Assembly: GCA_041665625.1 (NCBI GenBank)
Contig: JBAYIK010000003.1
Span: 2,967-66,966 of the forward strand
DNA length: 64,000 bases
Source: Minisyncoccota bacterium
GTDB lineage: Bacteria > Patescibacteriota > Minisyncoccia > Phycocordibacterales > XYD1-FULL-46-19
Reading direction: 5' to 3'
Both the position numbers and the translations under genes were made by a program. The notes under the pieces were generated by a model. That model was not told where the DNA came from and ran no database searches. It worked only from the letters and a program-made list of their open reading frames with translations. Shown piece by piece: positions 27,891 to 37,617 of this stretch; positions within the stretch are counted from its first letter, which is position 1; each line of letters begins with the position of its first letter.

Positions 27891-28511
27891 ATGGAGGCAA
27901 TTACTATTGGTTTTATCTTTTCCCTAATAATTTTGATCATCTCGGTCATTGTCCATGAGGTTTCTCATGGCTGGGCGGCCTATATTTTAGGCGATCCCAC
28001 TGCCAAGCTGGCTGGGCGCTTAACCCTGAACCCAATTCCTCACATTGATCCCATTGGCTCTATCCTTGTGCCCCTTGTCTTGTCTCTTATCCCTGGGGGG
28101 ATTGTCTTTGGCTGGGCTAAACCGGTGCCCTATAATCCCTATAACCTCAAAGCAGGTAAGTATGGTCCAGCTTATGTTGCGGCCGCGGGGCCTCTCTCGA
28201 ATATCCTCTTGGCTTTGATCTTTGGTCTTCTTATTCGTTCGGGCTTGGCCGTGTCCTTACTTGGCGCTTCGGTAACCCCTATCCTCTCGGTGATTGTTGT
28301 CATTAATATAATGCTTGCTCTCTTTAATCTTATTCCCGTCCCTCCTCTTGATGGCTCAACTATCCTCTTCTCTTTTCTCCCGTATCGCTCCCGGGTCGCC
28401 GAATTCTTTGCTCGTTATCAAATTATCGTCATTTTGGCCGTTATCCTCGCCGCCGGCGCCATCATCGACAAACTTGTCGGTTCTATCTATTACCTAATCA
28501 CGGGGCTCTAG
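27891..28511 (+). CDS. Site-2 protease (peptidase M50)
   Basis: HEVSH, GDPT...GRLTLNP..HIDP, FNLIPVPPLDG. Confidence 0.93.
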   Translation: MEAITIGFIFSLIILIISVIVHEVSHGWAAYILGDPTAKLAGRLTLNPIPHIDPIGSILVPLVLSLIPGGIVFGWAKPVPYNPYNLKAGKYGPAYVAAAGPLSNILLALIFGLLIRSGLAVSLLGASVTPILSVIVVINIMLALFNLIPVPPLDGSTILFSFLPYRSRVAEFFARYQIIVILAVILAAGAIIDKLVGSIYYLITGL

Positions 28512-28590
28512 GCCTGTTTTTGCTTGCATTTTATCCCGTCTTATATTAAAGTAGTGCTTACCTGGCCGAGAGGTCATTTTTATTGTATTT

Positions 28591-29025
28591 ATGCCCACAA
28601 TCAATCAATTAATTAGGAAGCCTCGCAAAATCGTTAAGCGCAAGTCTAACACGGTGGCTTTAGAGCGCGGTTTTAATACTATTAAGAACAAGCCAGTTTT
28701 CTATCCATCTCCCTTCAAACGAGGTGTCTGTTTGCAGGTTAAGACTACTACTCCTAAGAAGCCTAACTCCGCTTTGCGTAAGATTGCCCGTGTACGTTTG
28801 ACCAACGGTATGGAGGTCACGGCTTATATCCCAGGTGAGGGTCATAATTTGCAAGAGCACTCAGTGGTTATTATCCGTGGTGGTCGTGTGAAGGACTTGC
28901 CAGGTGTTCGTTACCACATTGTCCGCGGTCTCTTGGATACCGCTGGTGTTGAGAAGCGTCGCCAGGGCCGTTCTCTATATGGTAACAAGCGTCCTAAGGC
29001 TGGTGCCGATGCTAAAAAGAAATAA
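28591..29025 (+). CDS. rpsL: 30S ribosomal protein S12
   Basis: [30 protein letters not shown]. Confidence 0.99.
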   Translation: MPTINQLIRKPRKIVKRKSNTVALERGFNTIKNKPVFYPSPFKRGVCLQVKTTTPKKPNSALRKIARVRLTNGMEVTAYIPGEGHNLQEHSVVIIRGGRVKDLPGVRYHIVRGLLDTAGVEKRRQGRSLYGNKRPKAGADAKKK

Positions 29026-29030
29026 TTATT

Positions 29031-29510
29031 ATGCGACGACCTACTAAAAGATTAGTTAAATTAGAGCCAGATCATCAATATCAATCTCTCAAGGTTGAGA
29101 AGCTTATTAACTATATTATGGAGCGTGGCAAGAAAAATGTTGCCCGAACCATTGTTTATGGTGCTTTTGATATCATCAAAGAGAAGACCAAGGAGGAGCC
29201 TATCGAAGTTTTTGAAACTGCTATTCGCAATGTCTCCCCACAGGTTGAAGTTCGCTCCCGCCGTGTTGGTGGTGCTAACTATCAGGTTCCTCACGAAGTC
29301 CGTCCTGAGCGCAAGCTCGCTTTAACTTATCGCTGGATTATTGAGGCTGCCAAGGGAAAGAAAGGGAAGCCAATGGCTCAAAAATTGGCCGACGAACTTA
29401 TTGGTGCTTATAAAAATGAAGGCGAAGCTATTAAGAAGCGTGAGAACGTTCATCGTATGGCTGAAGCCAACAGAGCTTTTGCTCACTTTGCCCTCGCTCG
29501 TAAGAAATAA
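29031..29510 (+). CDS. rpsG: 30S ribosomal protein S7
   Basis: SRRVGGANYQVP, MAEANRAFAHF. Confidence 0.99.
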   Translation: MRRPTKRLVKLEPDHQYQSLKVEKLINYIMERGKKNVARTIVYGAFDIIKEKTKEEPIEVFETAIRNVSPQVEVRSRRVGGANYQVPHEVRPERKLALTYRWIIEAAKGKKGKPMAQKLADELIGAYKNEGEAIKKRENVHRMAEANRAFAHFALARKK

Positions 29511-29530
29511 AATTTAATAATTAATTAGGG

Positions 29531-29576
29531 TGTTCGAAGTTGGACTTCGGGCACACTTGAAGTCCAACTTCTAACA
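29531..29576. repeat. Intergenic palindromic element (loop GGGCACACTT), copy D of the comEC family
   Basis: GAAGTTGGACTTC-GGGCACACTT-GAAGTCCAACTTC; loop differs by 1 nt from copy B. Confidence 0.75.
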
Positions 29577-29584
29577 ACAAATCT

Positions 29585-31726
29585 ATGAGAGATTATCCTT
29601 TAGACAAAGTTCGCAATTTCGGTATTATCGCCCACATCGACGCTGGTAAGACTACTGTCTCCGAGCGTATTCTTTATTATACTGGTGTCTCTCATAAGAT
29701 TGGTGAGGTTCACGAAGGTGAGGCTGTCATGGACTGGATGGATCAAGAGCGTGAGCGTGGTATTACCATTTGTTCAGCCGCTACCACCGCTTTCTGGACC
29801 CCAACTTACGACATTTTAAATCCTGATCGCAAGCATCGTTTGAATATCATCGACACCCCGGGGCACATTGATTTCACCGTTGAGGTTAAGCGTTCTCTCC
29901 GTGTTCTTGATGGCGCCGTGGTTATCTTCGACGGTGTCGCTGGTGTGGAGCCTCAGTCTGAGACCAACTGGCGTTATGCTGATGAGGCCAAGGTTCCTCG
30001 TATGTGTTTTGTTAATAAGCTCGACCGTATGGGCGCCTCTTATGACAAATCTTTCCAGACTATTCTTGACCGTCTTTCGAAGAAAGCAATTCGAATTCAA
30101 ATTCCTATTGGTGTTGATTCTGAACACGAAGGGGTTATCGATTTGATCAAAATGAAGGGTTATCTCTTCGAAGGGGATAAGGGTAAAGAAATTAAAGAAA
30201 TTGAGATTCCTGAGAAATATCTTGAAGATGCCAAAACTCTCCGAGCTGAACTCGTGGAGCGTATTGTTGAGAACGACGATACTTTGATGACCGACTTTCT
30301 TGAAGGTAAGGAAATTTCTATCCCTGATCTCAAGCGTGTAATGCGCAAGGCTGTTATCGCCAACGAAATTTTCCCTGTTATGTGTGGTTCGGCTCTTAAG
30401 AATAAGGGTGTGCAACTCATGCTCGATGCCGTTGTCGATTATTTGCCAAGTCCATTAGACATGCCCGCTATCCACGGCTTCCATCCTGTTACTGGCGAAG
30501 AAGAATTCCGCAAGACTTCGGATGATGAGCATTTCTCGGCTCTCGCTTTCAAAATGCAGGCGGATCCCTTTGTTGGTCAGTTGACCTTCTTCCGTGTCTA
30601 CTCTGGTGTTCTCAAGTCTGGGTCCTATGTCTACAATTCCATCAATGATGAACGTGAGCGGGTTGGACGTATTGTTCGTCTCCACGCTAACCATCGTGAA
30701 GAAGTGCCGGAGGTCTATGCGGGAGAAATTGCCGCTATCGTGGGCCTTAAGAGCACCAAGACTGGCCACACTCTTTGTGATGAGAATTTCCCTATTGTTC
30801 TTGAAGGTATCAAGATTCCTGAACCGGTCGTGGAAATGAGAATTGAGCCTAAGACTAAGGTTGACCAAGAGAAAATGGGTATTGCTCTTAAGAAACTCTC
30901 TGATGAAGATCCAACCTTCCGCATCAAATCTGATCCTGAGACCATGGAGACCATTATCGCCGGTATGGGCGAATTACACTTAGACGTTCTCGTTGAACGT
31001 ATGAAGCGTGAGTTCGGCGTGGAGGCTAATATTGGTAAACCACAGGTCGCCTACAAAGAAACTATCACTGCCCCGGCTGAAGCTGAGAGTAAGTATGTGA
31101 AGCAGTCTGGTGGTAAGGGTCAATATGGCCACGTACGTATCCGCATTAAGCCTCTAGAGAAGATTGTCGATCCAGAAGCAAAGGTGGCCAAGAACATTAA
31201 GCGTGAAGCCAATTTCGAATTCATTAATAATATTAAAGGTGGTGCCATCCCGGGTGAGTATATCCCAGCCGTGGAGAAGGGTATCCGTGAAGGTCTCTCC
31301 CGTGGTATCTCCGCTGGCTTCGAAGTTGTCGATGTCTCAGTTGAACTCTATGATGGTTCCTACCACGAAGTGGACTCCTCCGAAATGGCCTTCAAGATGG
31401 CCGGCTCGATGGCTGTACAAGAAGCTGCCCGTCGCGCTAAGCCAGTGCTCCTTGAGCCAATTATGAAAGTTGAAGTTGTTGTCCCTGAGAAGTTCATGGG
31501 TGATATTACTGGCCACCTCTCCTCTAAGCGCGGACAGATTGAAGCGATGGAAGAAAGAGGGGATCTTAAGGTCATCAATGCTAAGGTACCTTTGTCTGAA
31601 ATGTTCGGCTATGTCACCACTCTTCGCTCCATGACCGAAGGCCGTGGCAACTACACCATGGAATTCCTCGAGTATGCCATTATCCCAACAAGTGTTGCTC
31701 AGGCTATCATCGAAGCGAGAAAATAG
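29585..31726 (+). CDS. fusA: Elongation factor G
   Basis: [40 protein letters not shown]. Confidence 0.99.
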   Translation: MRDYPLDKVRNFGIIAHIDAGKTTVSERILYYTGVSHKIGEVHEGEAVMDWMDQERERGITICSAATTAFWTPTYDILNPDRKHRLNIIDTPGHIDFTVEVKRSLRVLDGAVVIFDGVAGVEPQSETNWRYADEAKVPRMCFVNKLDRMGASYDKSFQTILDRLSKKAIRIQIPIGVDSEHEGVIDLIKMKGYLFEGDKGKEIKEIEIPEKYLEDAKTLRAELVERIVENDDTLMTDFLEGKEISIPDLKRVMRKAVIANEIFPVMCGSALKNKGVQLMLDAVVDYLPSPLDMPAIHGFHPVTGEEEFRKTSDDEHFSALAFKMQADPFVGQLTFFRVYSGVLKSGSYVYNSINDERERVGRIVRLHANHREEVPEVYAGEIAAIVGLKSTKTGHTLCDENFPIVLEGIKIPEPVVEMRIEPKTKVDQEKMGIALKKLSDEDPTFRIKSDPETMETIIAGMGELHLDVLVERMKREFGVEANIGKPQVAYKETITAPAEAESKYVKQSGGKGQYGHVRIRIKPLEKIVDPEAKVAKNIKREANFEFINNIKGGAIPGEYIPAVEKGIREGLSRGISAGFEVVDVSVELYDGSYHEVDSSEMAFKMAGSMAVQEAARRAKPVLLEPIMKVEVVVPEKFMGDITGHLSSKRGQIEAMEERGDLKVINAKVPLSEMFGYVTTLRSMTEGRGNYTMEFLEYAIIPTSVAQAIIEARK

Positions 31727-31737
31727 TTCGAAATAGG

Positions 31738-32535
31738 ATGAAGAAATTTTTAAGTTTATGTCAGGAAATTAAGACCTCTGATGTTATAAAAGGCGGTCGG
31801 GTTTCTTTTGTTTTCTATTTTTTCCTCACCCATATACTTAACCTGGTTTGGCATTTTAATCAGAAATTGACCAGAATTATTGCGGCTCGGCTTGCTACCC
31901 CTAAGAGATTTCTGATTAAGAATAAAACCGGTTATTTTTGGGTTTCCCCCTTTAATGATTCAATGACGGTCTCGGCTGATTATTATGATTCTCAGCTGGT
32001 TAATTGGTTAGAAAAACCACCTAAGAAGAGGATTTTTGTTGATATCGGGGCTCATATTGGACGGTATTCAATTTTAGCTGGTAGGAAATACTACAAAGTT
32101 GTTGCTTTTGAACCAAATCCAGCTATTTTTTCAGTTTTAGAAAATAATATTAAAGCTAACAATTTAGAGGAAAAAGTTAATCTACATAAAGTTGCCTTAA
32201 GTGATAAACCCGGGACAGTCCTTTTTACCGTTGACGATATTTACTCGGTAGCAAGTGGCATTTCCGATGATGGGACGGGGTTACCTGTTTCTTGTGCCCT
32301 TGGCGATGAGATTCTTAAAGGGGTTAACTTTGAAGAGATTGATTTCATCAAAATAGATGTTGAGGGCCATGATCGGGAAGTTTTAAATGGGCTAAATGAG
32401 GTTCTAACCAAGATGCCTATGGGGAGCTTCATTATGATCGAGTTTGATAATGAGACCGCAAAAACCCTAAAGAAGTACTCCTTTGAATTTGTAAAATCTG
32501 ATGGTGGACTTAACCACTTGTTCGAAAAGAGATAG
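31738..32535 (+). CDS. FkbM family methyltransferase
   Basis: FVDIGAHIG, AFEPNP, IKIDVEGHD. Confidence 0.9.
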   Translation: MKKFLSLCQEIKTSDVIKGGRVSFVFYFFLTHILNLVWHFNQKLTRIIAARLATPKRFLIKNKTGYFWVSPFNDSMTVSADYYDSQLVNWLEKPPKKRIFVDIGAHIGRYSILAGRKYYKVVAFEPNPAIFSVLENNIKANNLEEKVNLHKVALSDKPGTVLFTVDDIYSVASGISDDGTGLPVSCALGDEILKGVNFEEIDFIKIDVEGHDREVLNGLNEVLTKMPMGSFIMIEFDNETAKTLKKYSFEFVKSDGGLNHLFEKR

Positions 32536-32642
32536 ACCTCCTTAACTTGATAGTCTCGGTGCCCGTGTTATTCCTTGTCAAATTGTCTTGCCCGGGAGTA
32601 TTATTAGGTCATTAAAAGTTCACAATTATAATAAATAAAAAT

Positions 32643-33065
32643 ATGGAAGGAGCACCAACACGAGAGTCAAGACGAGAAGAAGATATGACCCCAATTGAAA
32701 GGGTTAGAAACGCTAGGAATATTTTAGAAGAAAAAAGAGAAAATTTAGGGAATGCTGTTGGGGAGGTTGGGAGATTGGAGTTTGTTATTCGCTATGCCGT
32801 AAAACATCCAGGAACTCCTATTTCGCAATATGTCGAAAAATATCTTGAGAAGATAGACAAATATATTGAAGATGAAGGCGAAAATGCTGATCAGAATGAT
32901 GTAGCAAAAATGGCTGACAATATGCTCAACGGTTTTAATGAGATGCTCCTGGAACAAGGAGATCTTAGCATCGCAGAAGACAACCGGTTGATGGGGAAGG
33001 GTGAAACTTTTACTCCGACACAGGCCCCTTCTGAAGAAGGGGGGTCCGGAGCCATGGCTGCTTAA
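32643..33065 (+). CDS. Hypothetical acidic helical protein
   Basis: 140-aa ORF with purine-rich codon usage, followed by a terminator; no recognised motif. Confidence 0.65.
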   Translation: MEGAPTRESRREEDMTPIERVRNARNILEEKRENLGNAVGEVGRLEFVIRYAVKHPGTPISQYVEKYLEKIDKYIEDEGENADQNDVAKMADNMLNGFNEMLLEQGDLSIAEDNRLMGKGETFTPTQAPSEEGGSGAMAA

Positions 33066-33093
33066 ATAAGGGAATTTCTATTTATAAAATGAG

Positions 33094-33130
33094 AACCCCC
33101 CGGCGAGCGCTAGTGCTCGCCGGGGGGTTT
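33094..33130 (+). terminator. Intrinsic terminator before the tuf promoter
   Basis: AACCCCCCGGCGAGCG / TGCTCGCCGGGGGGTT. Confidence 0.8.
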
Positions 33131-33140
33131 GTGGCCTAGT

Positions 33141-33168
33141 TTGACTTATCTGAGGATTTTGCTAATAT
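33141..33168 (+). promoter_or_regulatory. Sigma70-type promoter for tuf
   Basis: TTGACT-N16-TAATAT with extended TG. Confidence 0.6.
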
Positions 33169-33233
33169 AAGTACTGCGTTTGTGCGCAGTCTTTTAATTT
33201 GTATTTATTATTAATCGTTAATTTTAATTAATT

Positions 33234-34439
33234 ATGGCAGCAGAAAAATTTGATCGTTCCAAGCCACACGTTAACGTCGGGACCATTGGCCACGTTGACC
33301 ACGGCAAGACCACCCTCACCGCCGCTATCTTGTACACTCTAAACATGGCCTCTGGCCAAGGTTATAGTGCTCGCGTAGAGAACGTCGATGGTATTGATAA
33401 TGCCCCTGAAGAGAAAGCGAGAGGAATCACTATTGCTCTTCACCACTCTGAGTACAGCACTCCTAAGCGTCACTATGCTCACATCGACGCTCCAGGTCAC
33501 GCTGACTATATTAAGAACATGATTACTGGTGCCGCCCAGATGGATGGCGCTGTTATCGTGGTTGCTGCGACTGATGGTATTATGCCTCAGACTCGCGAGC
33601 ACGTTCTTTTGGCTCGCCAGGTTGGTGTGCCTAAGATCATTGTTTTCATCAACAAGTGCGATATGGTTGATGATCCTGAACTCATTGACTTGGTTGAAGA
33701 GGAAGTTCGTGAACTTCTTACTAAACAAGAATTCGATGGCGCCAATGCCCCTGTTATCCGTGGCTCCGCTCTTAAGGCTCTTGCTTCCACCAGTCTTGAT
33801 GACGAGTGGTCCAAGGGTATCCTTGCTTTAGTTCAGGCTATGGATGACTATATTCCTGATCCTATCCGTGAAGTTGACAAGCCATTCTTGATGCCGATTG
33901 AAGATATCTTCTCAATTGAAGGTCGCGGGACTGTCGTTACTGGCCGTATCGAGCGCGGTGTTGTGAAGGTTGGTGAAGATGCCGAAATTGTCGGTCTCAC
34001 TCCTACTGTCAAAACTACCATTACCGGTATCGAAATGTTCAACAAGCAACTCGACGAGGGTATGGCTGGCGACAACGCTGGTATTCTCTTGCGCGGTCTT
34101 AAGAAGGACGATGTTACCCGTGGTCAGGTTTTGGCCAAGGTCGGCTCCGTTACTCCTCACACCGAATTCACCGCTGAAGTTTACATTTTGACCAAGGAGG
34201 AAGGTGGTCGCCACACTCCATTCTTCGCTGGTTACAAGCCACAATTCTACATTCGTACCACTGACGTGACTGGTGAGGTTATTCTCCCAGAGGATGTTAA
34301 AATGGTTATGCCTGGCGATACCATTAGTATCACTGTTAAGTTGATTTCTCCGGTCGCCTTGGAAGACAAGCAACGCTTTGCTATCCGCGAGGGTGGTAAG
34401 ACTGTTGGAGCCGGTGCTGTTAACAAAATTATTGCTTAA
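33234..34439 (+). CDS. tuf: Elongation factor Tu
   Basis: [38 protein letters not shown]. Confidence 0.99.
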   Translation: MAAEKFDRSKPHVNVGTIGHVDHGKTTLTAAILYTLNMASGQGYSARVENVDGIDNAPEEKARGITIALHHSEYSTPKRHYAHIDAPGHADYIKNMITGAAQMDGAVIVVAATDGIMPQTREHVLLARQVGVPKIIVFINKCDMVDDPELIDLVEEEVRELLTKQEFDGANAPVIRGSALKALASTSLDDEWSKGILALVQAMDDYIPDPIREVDKPFLMPIEDIFSIEGRGTVVTGRIERGVVKVGEDAEIVGLTPTVKTTITGIEMFNKQLDEGMAGDNAGILLRGLKKDDVTRGQVLAKVGSVTPHTEFTAEVYILTKEEGGRHTPFFAGYKPQFYIRTTDVTGEVILPEDVKMVMPGDTISITVKLISPVALEDKQRFAIREGGKTVGAGAVNKIIA

Positions 34440-34472
34440 GTTCGCTTAATCAATCAAGCACCTTACAAAATT

Positions 34473-34847
34473 ATGGAAAACGAAACAAAAACAACCAAAG
34501 CCAAGAAGCCCGCGAAGGCCAAGAAGGATGAGGTAAAAGAATTGGCCAAGTTGCGCATTCGTGTCTCAGCTTATGAGCACAAAGTGCTTGATGCTAGCGT
34601 GAAGCAGATTGTTGATACCGCGACTCGTTATGATGGTAAGATTGAGGGTCCTATCCCTCTTCCTACCGAGTTCAAGAAGTATACTGTTAACCGCAGTTCC
34701 TTCATCGACAAGAACTCCCGCGAGCAGTTCGAAATGCGTATCCATAAGCGCTTGATTGATATCTCTAACCCCTCTCCGAAGTTGATTGAGAGCCTTACAA
34801 ATCTCAACCTCCCATCCGGAGTCAACATCGACGTAAAGATGATGTAA
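34473..34847 (+). CDS. rpsJ: 30S ribosomal protein S10
   Basis: [23 protein letters not shown]; Lys-rich N-terminal extension. Confidence 0.97.
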   Translation: MENETKTTKAKKPAKAKKDEVKELAKLRIRVSAYEHKVLDASVKQIVDTATRYDGKIEGPIPLPTEFKKYTVNRSSFIDKNSREQFEMRIHKRLIDISNPSPKLIESLTNLNLPSGVNIDVKMM

Positions 34848-34904
34848 ACAAAAAAGCCCCTCCGGGGGCTTTTTTGTTGACATTTCTCCCTGATTTGTTA
34901 GTAT
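34848..34904 (+). promoter_or_regulatory. Terminator after rpsJ followed by a sigma70 promoter for rplC
   Basis: AAAAAAGCCCC-TCCG-GGGGCTTTTTT, then TTGACA(34877)-N16-TAGTAT. Confidence 0.7.
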
Positions 34905-34940
34905 AAATCAAAGCTCGTAGGGGCTATTATTTTTACTTTT

Positions 34941-35594
34941 ATGAAATTCATTCTCGGCAAAAAGGAATACATGACCCAGCTCTTTGATGAGTCTGGTAAG
35001 GTTGTCCCTGGGACGGTTGTTTCGGCTGGTCCTATGTATGTTCTTGAACTTAAAAAAGGTAAGCCCTCTACTACTAAATCCAAGACTGGCACCTACGATT
35101 CGATGGTTATCGGTTATGGCGAGCGCAACCTCAAGAATGTCAATAAGCCTCAGAAAGGTTTGATCAAGAAGGCTCTTGCTGAGAGAGAGAAGGGTTTCAC
35201 TATCATTCGTGAATTCAATAATAAGAAAAGTGCTTTGCCTGAAGTCGGAGTTGGCGGGGTCATCGATGCCTCAACTTTCGCTCAAGGTGATAAGGTTGTT
35301 GTTAGCTCCATCTCTAAGGGTAAGGGCTTCCAAGGTGTGGTCAAGCGTCACCACTTCGAAGGAGGACGTCGTTCCCATGGTCAGAAGCACTCCGAGCGTG
35401 AGCCAGGTTCTATTGGTGCCGGTGGTAAACAGCGTGTTATGCCTGGTATGCGTATGGCCGGCCGTATGGGTACTGATCGCATCACTTCTAAGAATTGTAT
35501 CGTTTCCCGTGTTGATGCCGACAAGAATTTGATTTTTATTAAGGGAGCCATTGCTGGTCGCAAGGGTACATTGGTGGAAATAGTTGTTAAATAG
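34941..35594 (+). CDS. rplC: 50S ribosomal protein L3
   Basis: SKGKGFQGVVKRH, SHG, PGSIG, RMAGRMG. Confidence 0.98.
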   Translation: MKFILGKKEYMTQLFDESGKVVPGTVVSAGPMYVLELKKGKPSTTKSKTGTYDSMVIGYGERNLKNVNKPQKGLIKKALAEREKGFTIIREFNNKKSALPEVGVGGVIDASTFAQGDKVVVSSISKGKGFQGVVKRHHFEGGRRSHGQKHSEREPGSIGAGGKQRVMPGMRMAGRMGTDRITSKNCIVSRVDADKNLIFIKGAIAGRKGTLVEIVVK

Positions 35595-35608
35595 ACTGAT
35601 AAATTATC

Positions 35609-36277
35609 ATGATTGAAGCAAAGGTTTATAATTTTGAAGGAGCTGAATCAGGGAAGGCAAGTTTGCCCGAGGCTATCTTTGGCGTGAAGTGGAACAATGA
35701 CTTGGTTTACCAGGTTGCTGTTGCTATGCAGGCCAATCTTCGTCGCGTGACCGCTGATACTAAGGACCGTTCCGATGTTCGCGGTGGTGGTAAGAAACCA
35801 TGGCGCCAGAAGGGTACTGGGCGTGCCCGTCACGGTTCCTCTCGTTCTCCAATCTGGAAGGGTGGTGGTATTACTCATGGCCCAGTTGCTGAGAAGGATT
35901 ATAGCCAGAAGATCAATAAGAAAATGAAGTCCAAGGCCTTCTTCATCGCTTTGTCTAAGAAGCTCGCTGATGGCGAAGTTGTCTTTGTCCAAGATCTACC
36001 TCTAACTGTGGCTAAGACCAAGCAGGCTCAAGCCTATTTGAATAATTTTGCTAAGGCTGGTTTCGAGAAAATCAACTACAAGAAGGGTAAGCGTGCCCTT
36101 ATCACTACCGCCAAGAAGGATGAGAAGACCTCTAAGAGCTTCAAGAATATTCCTAGCGCTACTGTTTCTGACTTGCGCGATATTAATCTTCTTGATTTAT
36201 TGAATTATAAATATATTGTCATTACCAACCCGGCTGATAGTTTGGTCGTTCTTAAGACCCGCGCTAAAGCAGAATAA
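35609..36277 (+). CDS. rplD: 50S ribosomal protein L4
   Basis: [19 protein letters not shown]. Confidence 0.98.
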   Translation: MIEAKVYNFEGAESGKASLPEAIFGVKWNNDLVYQVAVAMQANLRRVTADTKDRSDVRGGGKKPWRQKGTGRARHGSSRSPIWKGGGITHGPVAEKDYSQKINKKMKSKAFFIALSKKLADGEVVFVQDLPLTVAKTKQAQAYLNNFAKAGFEKINYKKGKRALITTAKKDEKTSKSFKNIPSATVSDLRDINLLDLLNYKYIVITNPADSLVVLKTRAKAE

Positions 36278-36282
36278 ATACC

Positions 36283-36588
36283 ATGTCTAAAATCGGTAAA
36301 GAAAACAAAACCCAGATTGTCTTGAAGTCACCTCGCGTTACCGAGAAGTCGACAGATTTGTCTTTGCGCAAGAGTGGTCCGGCTTATGTCTTCGAAGTCG
36401 CGCAAGAAGCCACCAAACCTATGGTTGTTGCCGCCTTTGTTGCTAAATATAAGGTTAAGCCAGTGAAGGTCAATATTGTTAATTTGCCAGCCAAGAAGAC
36501 TTTGGTTCGCGGTAAGCGCGGTCATAAGAGTGCCATTAAGAAGGCGATCGTTTTTATTAAGGTTGGTGAAAAAATAGAAATTGTCTAA
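36283..36588 (+). CDS. rplW: 50S ribosomal protein L23
   Basis: PRVTEKS, YVFEV, KKAIV; operon position. Confidence 0.95.
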   Translation: MSKIGKENKTQIVLKSPRVTEKSTDLSLRKSGPAYVFEVAQEATKPMVVAAFVAKYKVKPVKVNIVNLPAKKTLVRGKRGHKSAIKKAIVFIKVGEKIEIV

Positions 36589-36589
36589 T

Positions 36590-37429
36590 ATGAAAAAATA
36601 CGCCCCAACAACCCCATCCCGTCGCAACATGACCACGATTAACTATCGTGAGTATTTGACCGTCTCCGAGCCTCACAAGCCCCTTACCAAGGGTGTGAAG
36701 AGAGATGTCGGCCGCAATGGCGATGGTCGCATTACTGTTCGTCACAAGGGAGGGGGACATAAGCGCCTCTATCGTGATATTGATTTCAAATACACCAAAG
36801 TTGGTATTCCTGCCAAGATTGAGACTGTAGAGTATGATCCTAACCGCTCTGGCTTTATCGCCCTCGTTTGTTATAAGGATGGGGCTCGTGCCTATCACTT
36901 GCTACCCAAGGAGCTTAAGGTTGGCGACGTCATCTTGAATGATGCTAGCGCTGACGTGAAGACTGGTAATCGTTTGCCTCTGTCTAAAATTCCTGTCGGT
37001 ACCTTTATTTATAATATCGAGACCAAGCCGGGGAGTGGGGCTAAGTTTGTCCGTTCTGCTGGTTCTTATGCCGAGGTTGTCTCTCACGATGCCGGTTATA
37101 CCGCTATCAAGATGCCTTCAACCGAAATTCACAAATTACTTGATACTTGTTCCGCTTCGGTTGGTGCCGTTTCTAATGATGAGCACAAGCTGGTGAAATA
37201 TGGTAAGGCTGGTCGCTCTCGTTGGATGGGTATCCGCCCAACCGTTCGTGGTACCGCTATGAACCCTGTCGACCATCCATACGGTGGAGGTGAAGGTGTC
37301 CAGGGTCGCGGAACTAAGCGTCCTAAGACTATGTGGGGTAAGGTTACCGGTGGCCGTAAGACTCGTCATCCTAAGAAATATTCTAACCACCTCGTTGTTT
37401 CTCGCCGTAAGGTTGGGAAGCGTAAATAG
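36590..37429 (+). CDS. rplB: 50S ribosomal protein L2
   Basis: GGGHKRLYR, EYDPNRS, RGTAMNPVDHPYGGGEG. Confidence 0.99.
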   Translation: MKKYAPTTPSRRNMTTINYREYLTVSEPHKPLTKGVKRDVGRNGDGRITVRHKGGGHKRLYRDIDFKYTKVGIPAKIETVEYDPNRSGFIALVCYKDGARAYHLLPKELKVGDVILNDASADVKTGNRLPLSKIPVGTFIYNIETKPGSGAKFVRSAGSYAEVVSHDAGYTAIKMPSTEIHKLLDTCSASVGAVSNDEHKLVKYGKAGRSRWMGIRPTVRGTAMNPVDHPYGGGEGVQGRGTKRPKTMWGKVTGGRKTRHPKKYSNHLVVSRRKVGKRK

Positions 37430-37446
37430 ACGCTCCACTTGCTCAA

Positions 37447-37487
37447 TAAAACAACACAGAAAACCCCTCCAGCGAGGGGTTTTCTTA
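37447..37487 (+). repeat. Repeated terminator module, copy 2
   Basis: TAAAACAACACAGAAAACCCCTCCAGCGAGGGGTTTTCTTA. Confidence 0.85.
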
Positions 37488-37617
37488 TCCACTCTTAGTT
37501 TTTCTCTAAACCATATCTATGGTGCTATAATAAATTTAGGCGTAAACGCTTGCTTTGTTTTATTATAAATTTATTATTAATCAATGTCTCGCTTAGCGGG
37601 ATTTAAAAACTAATTTA

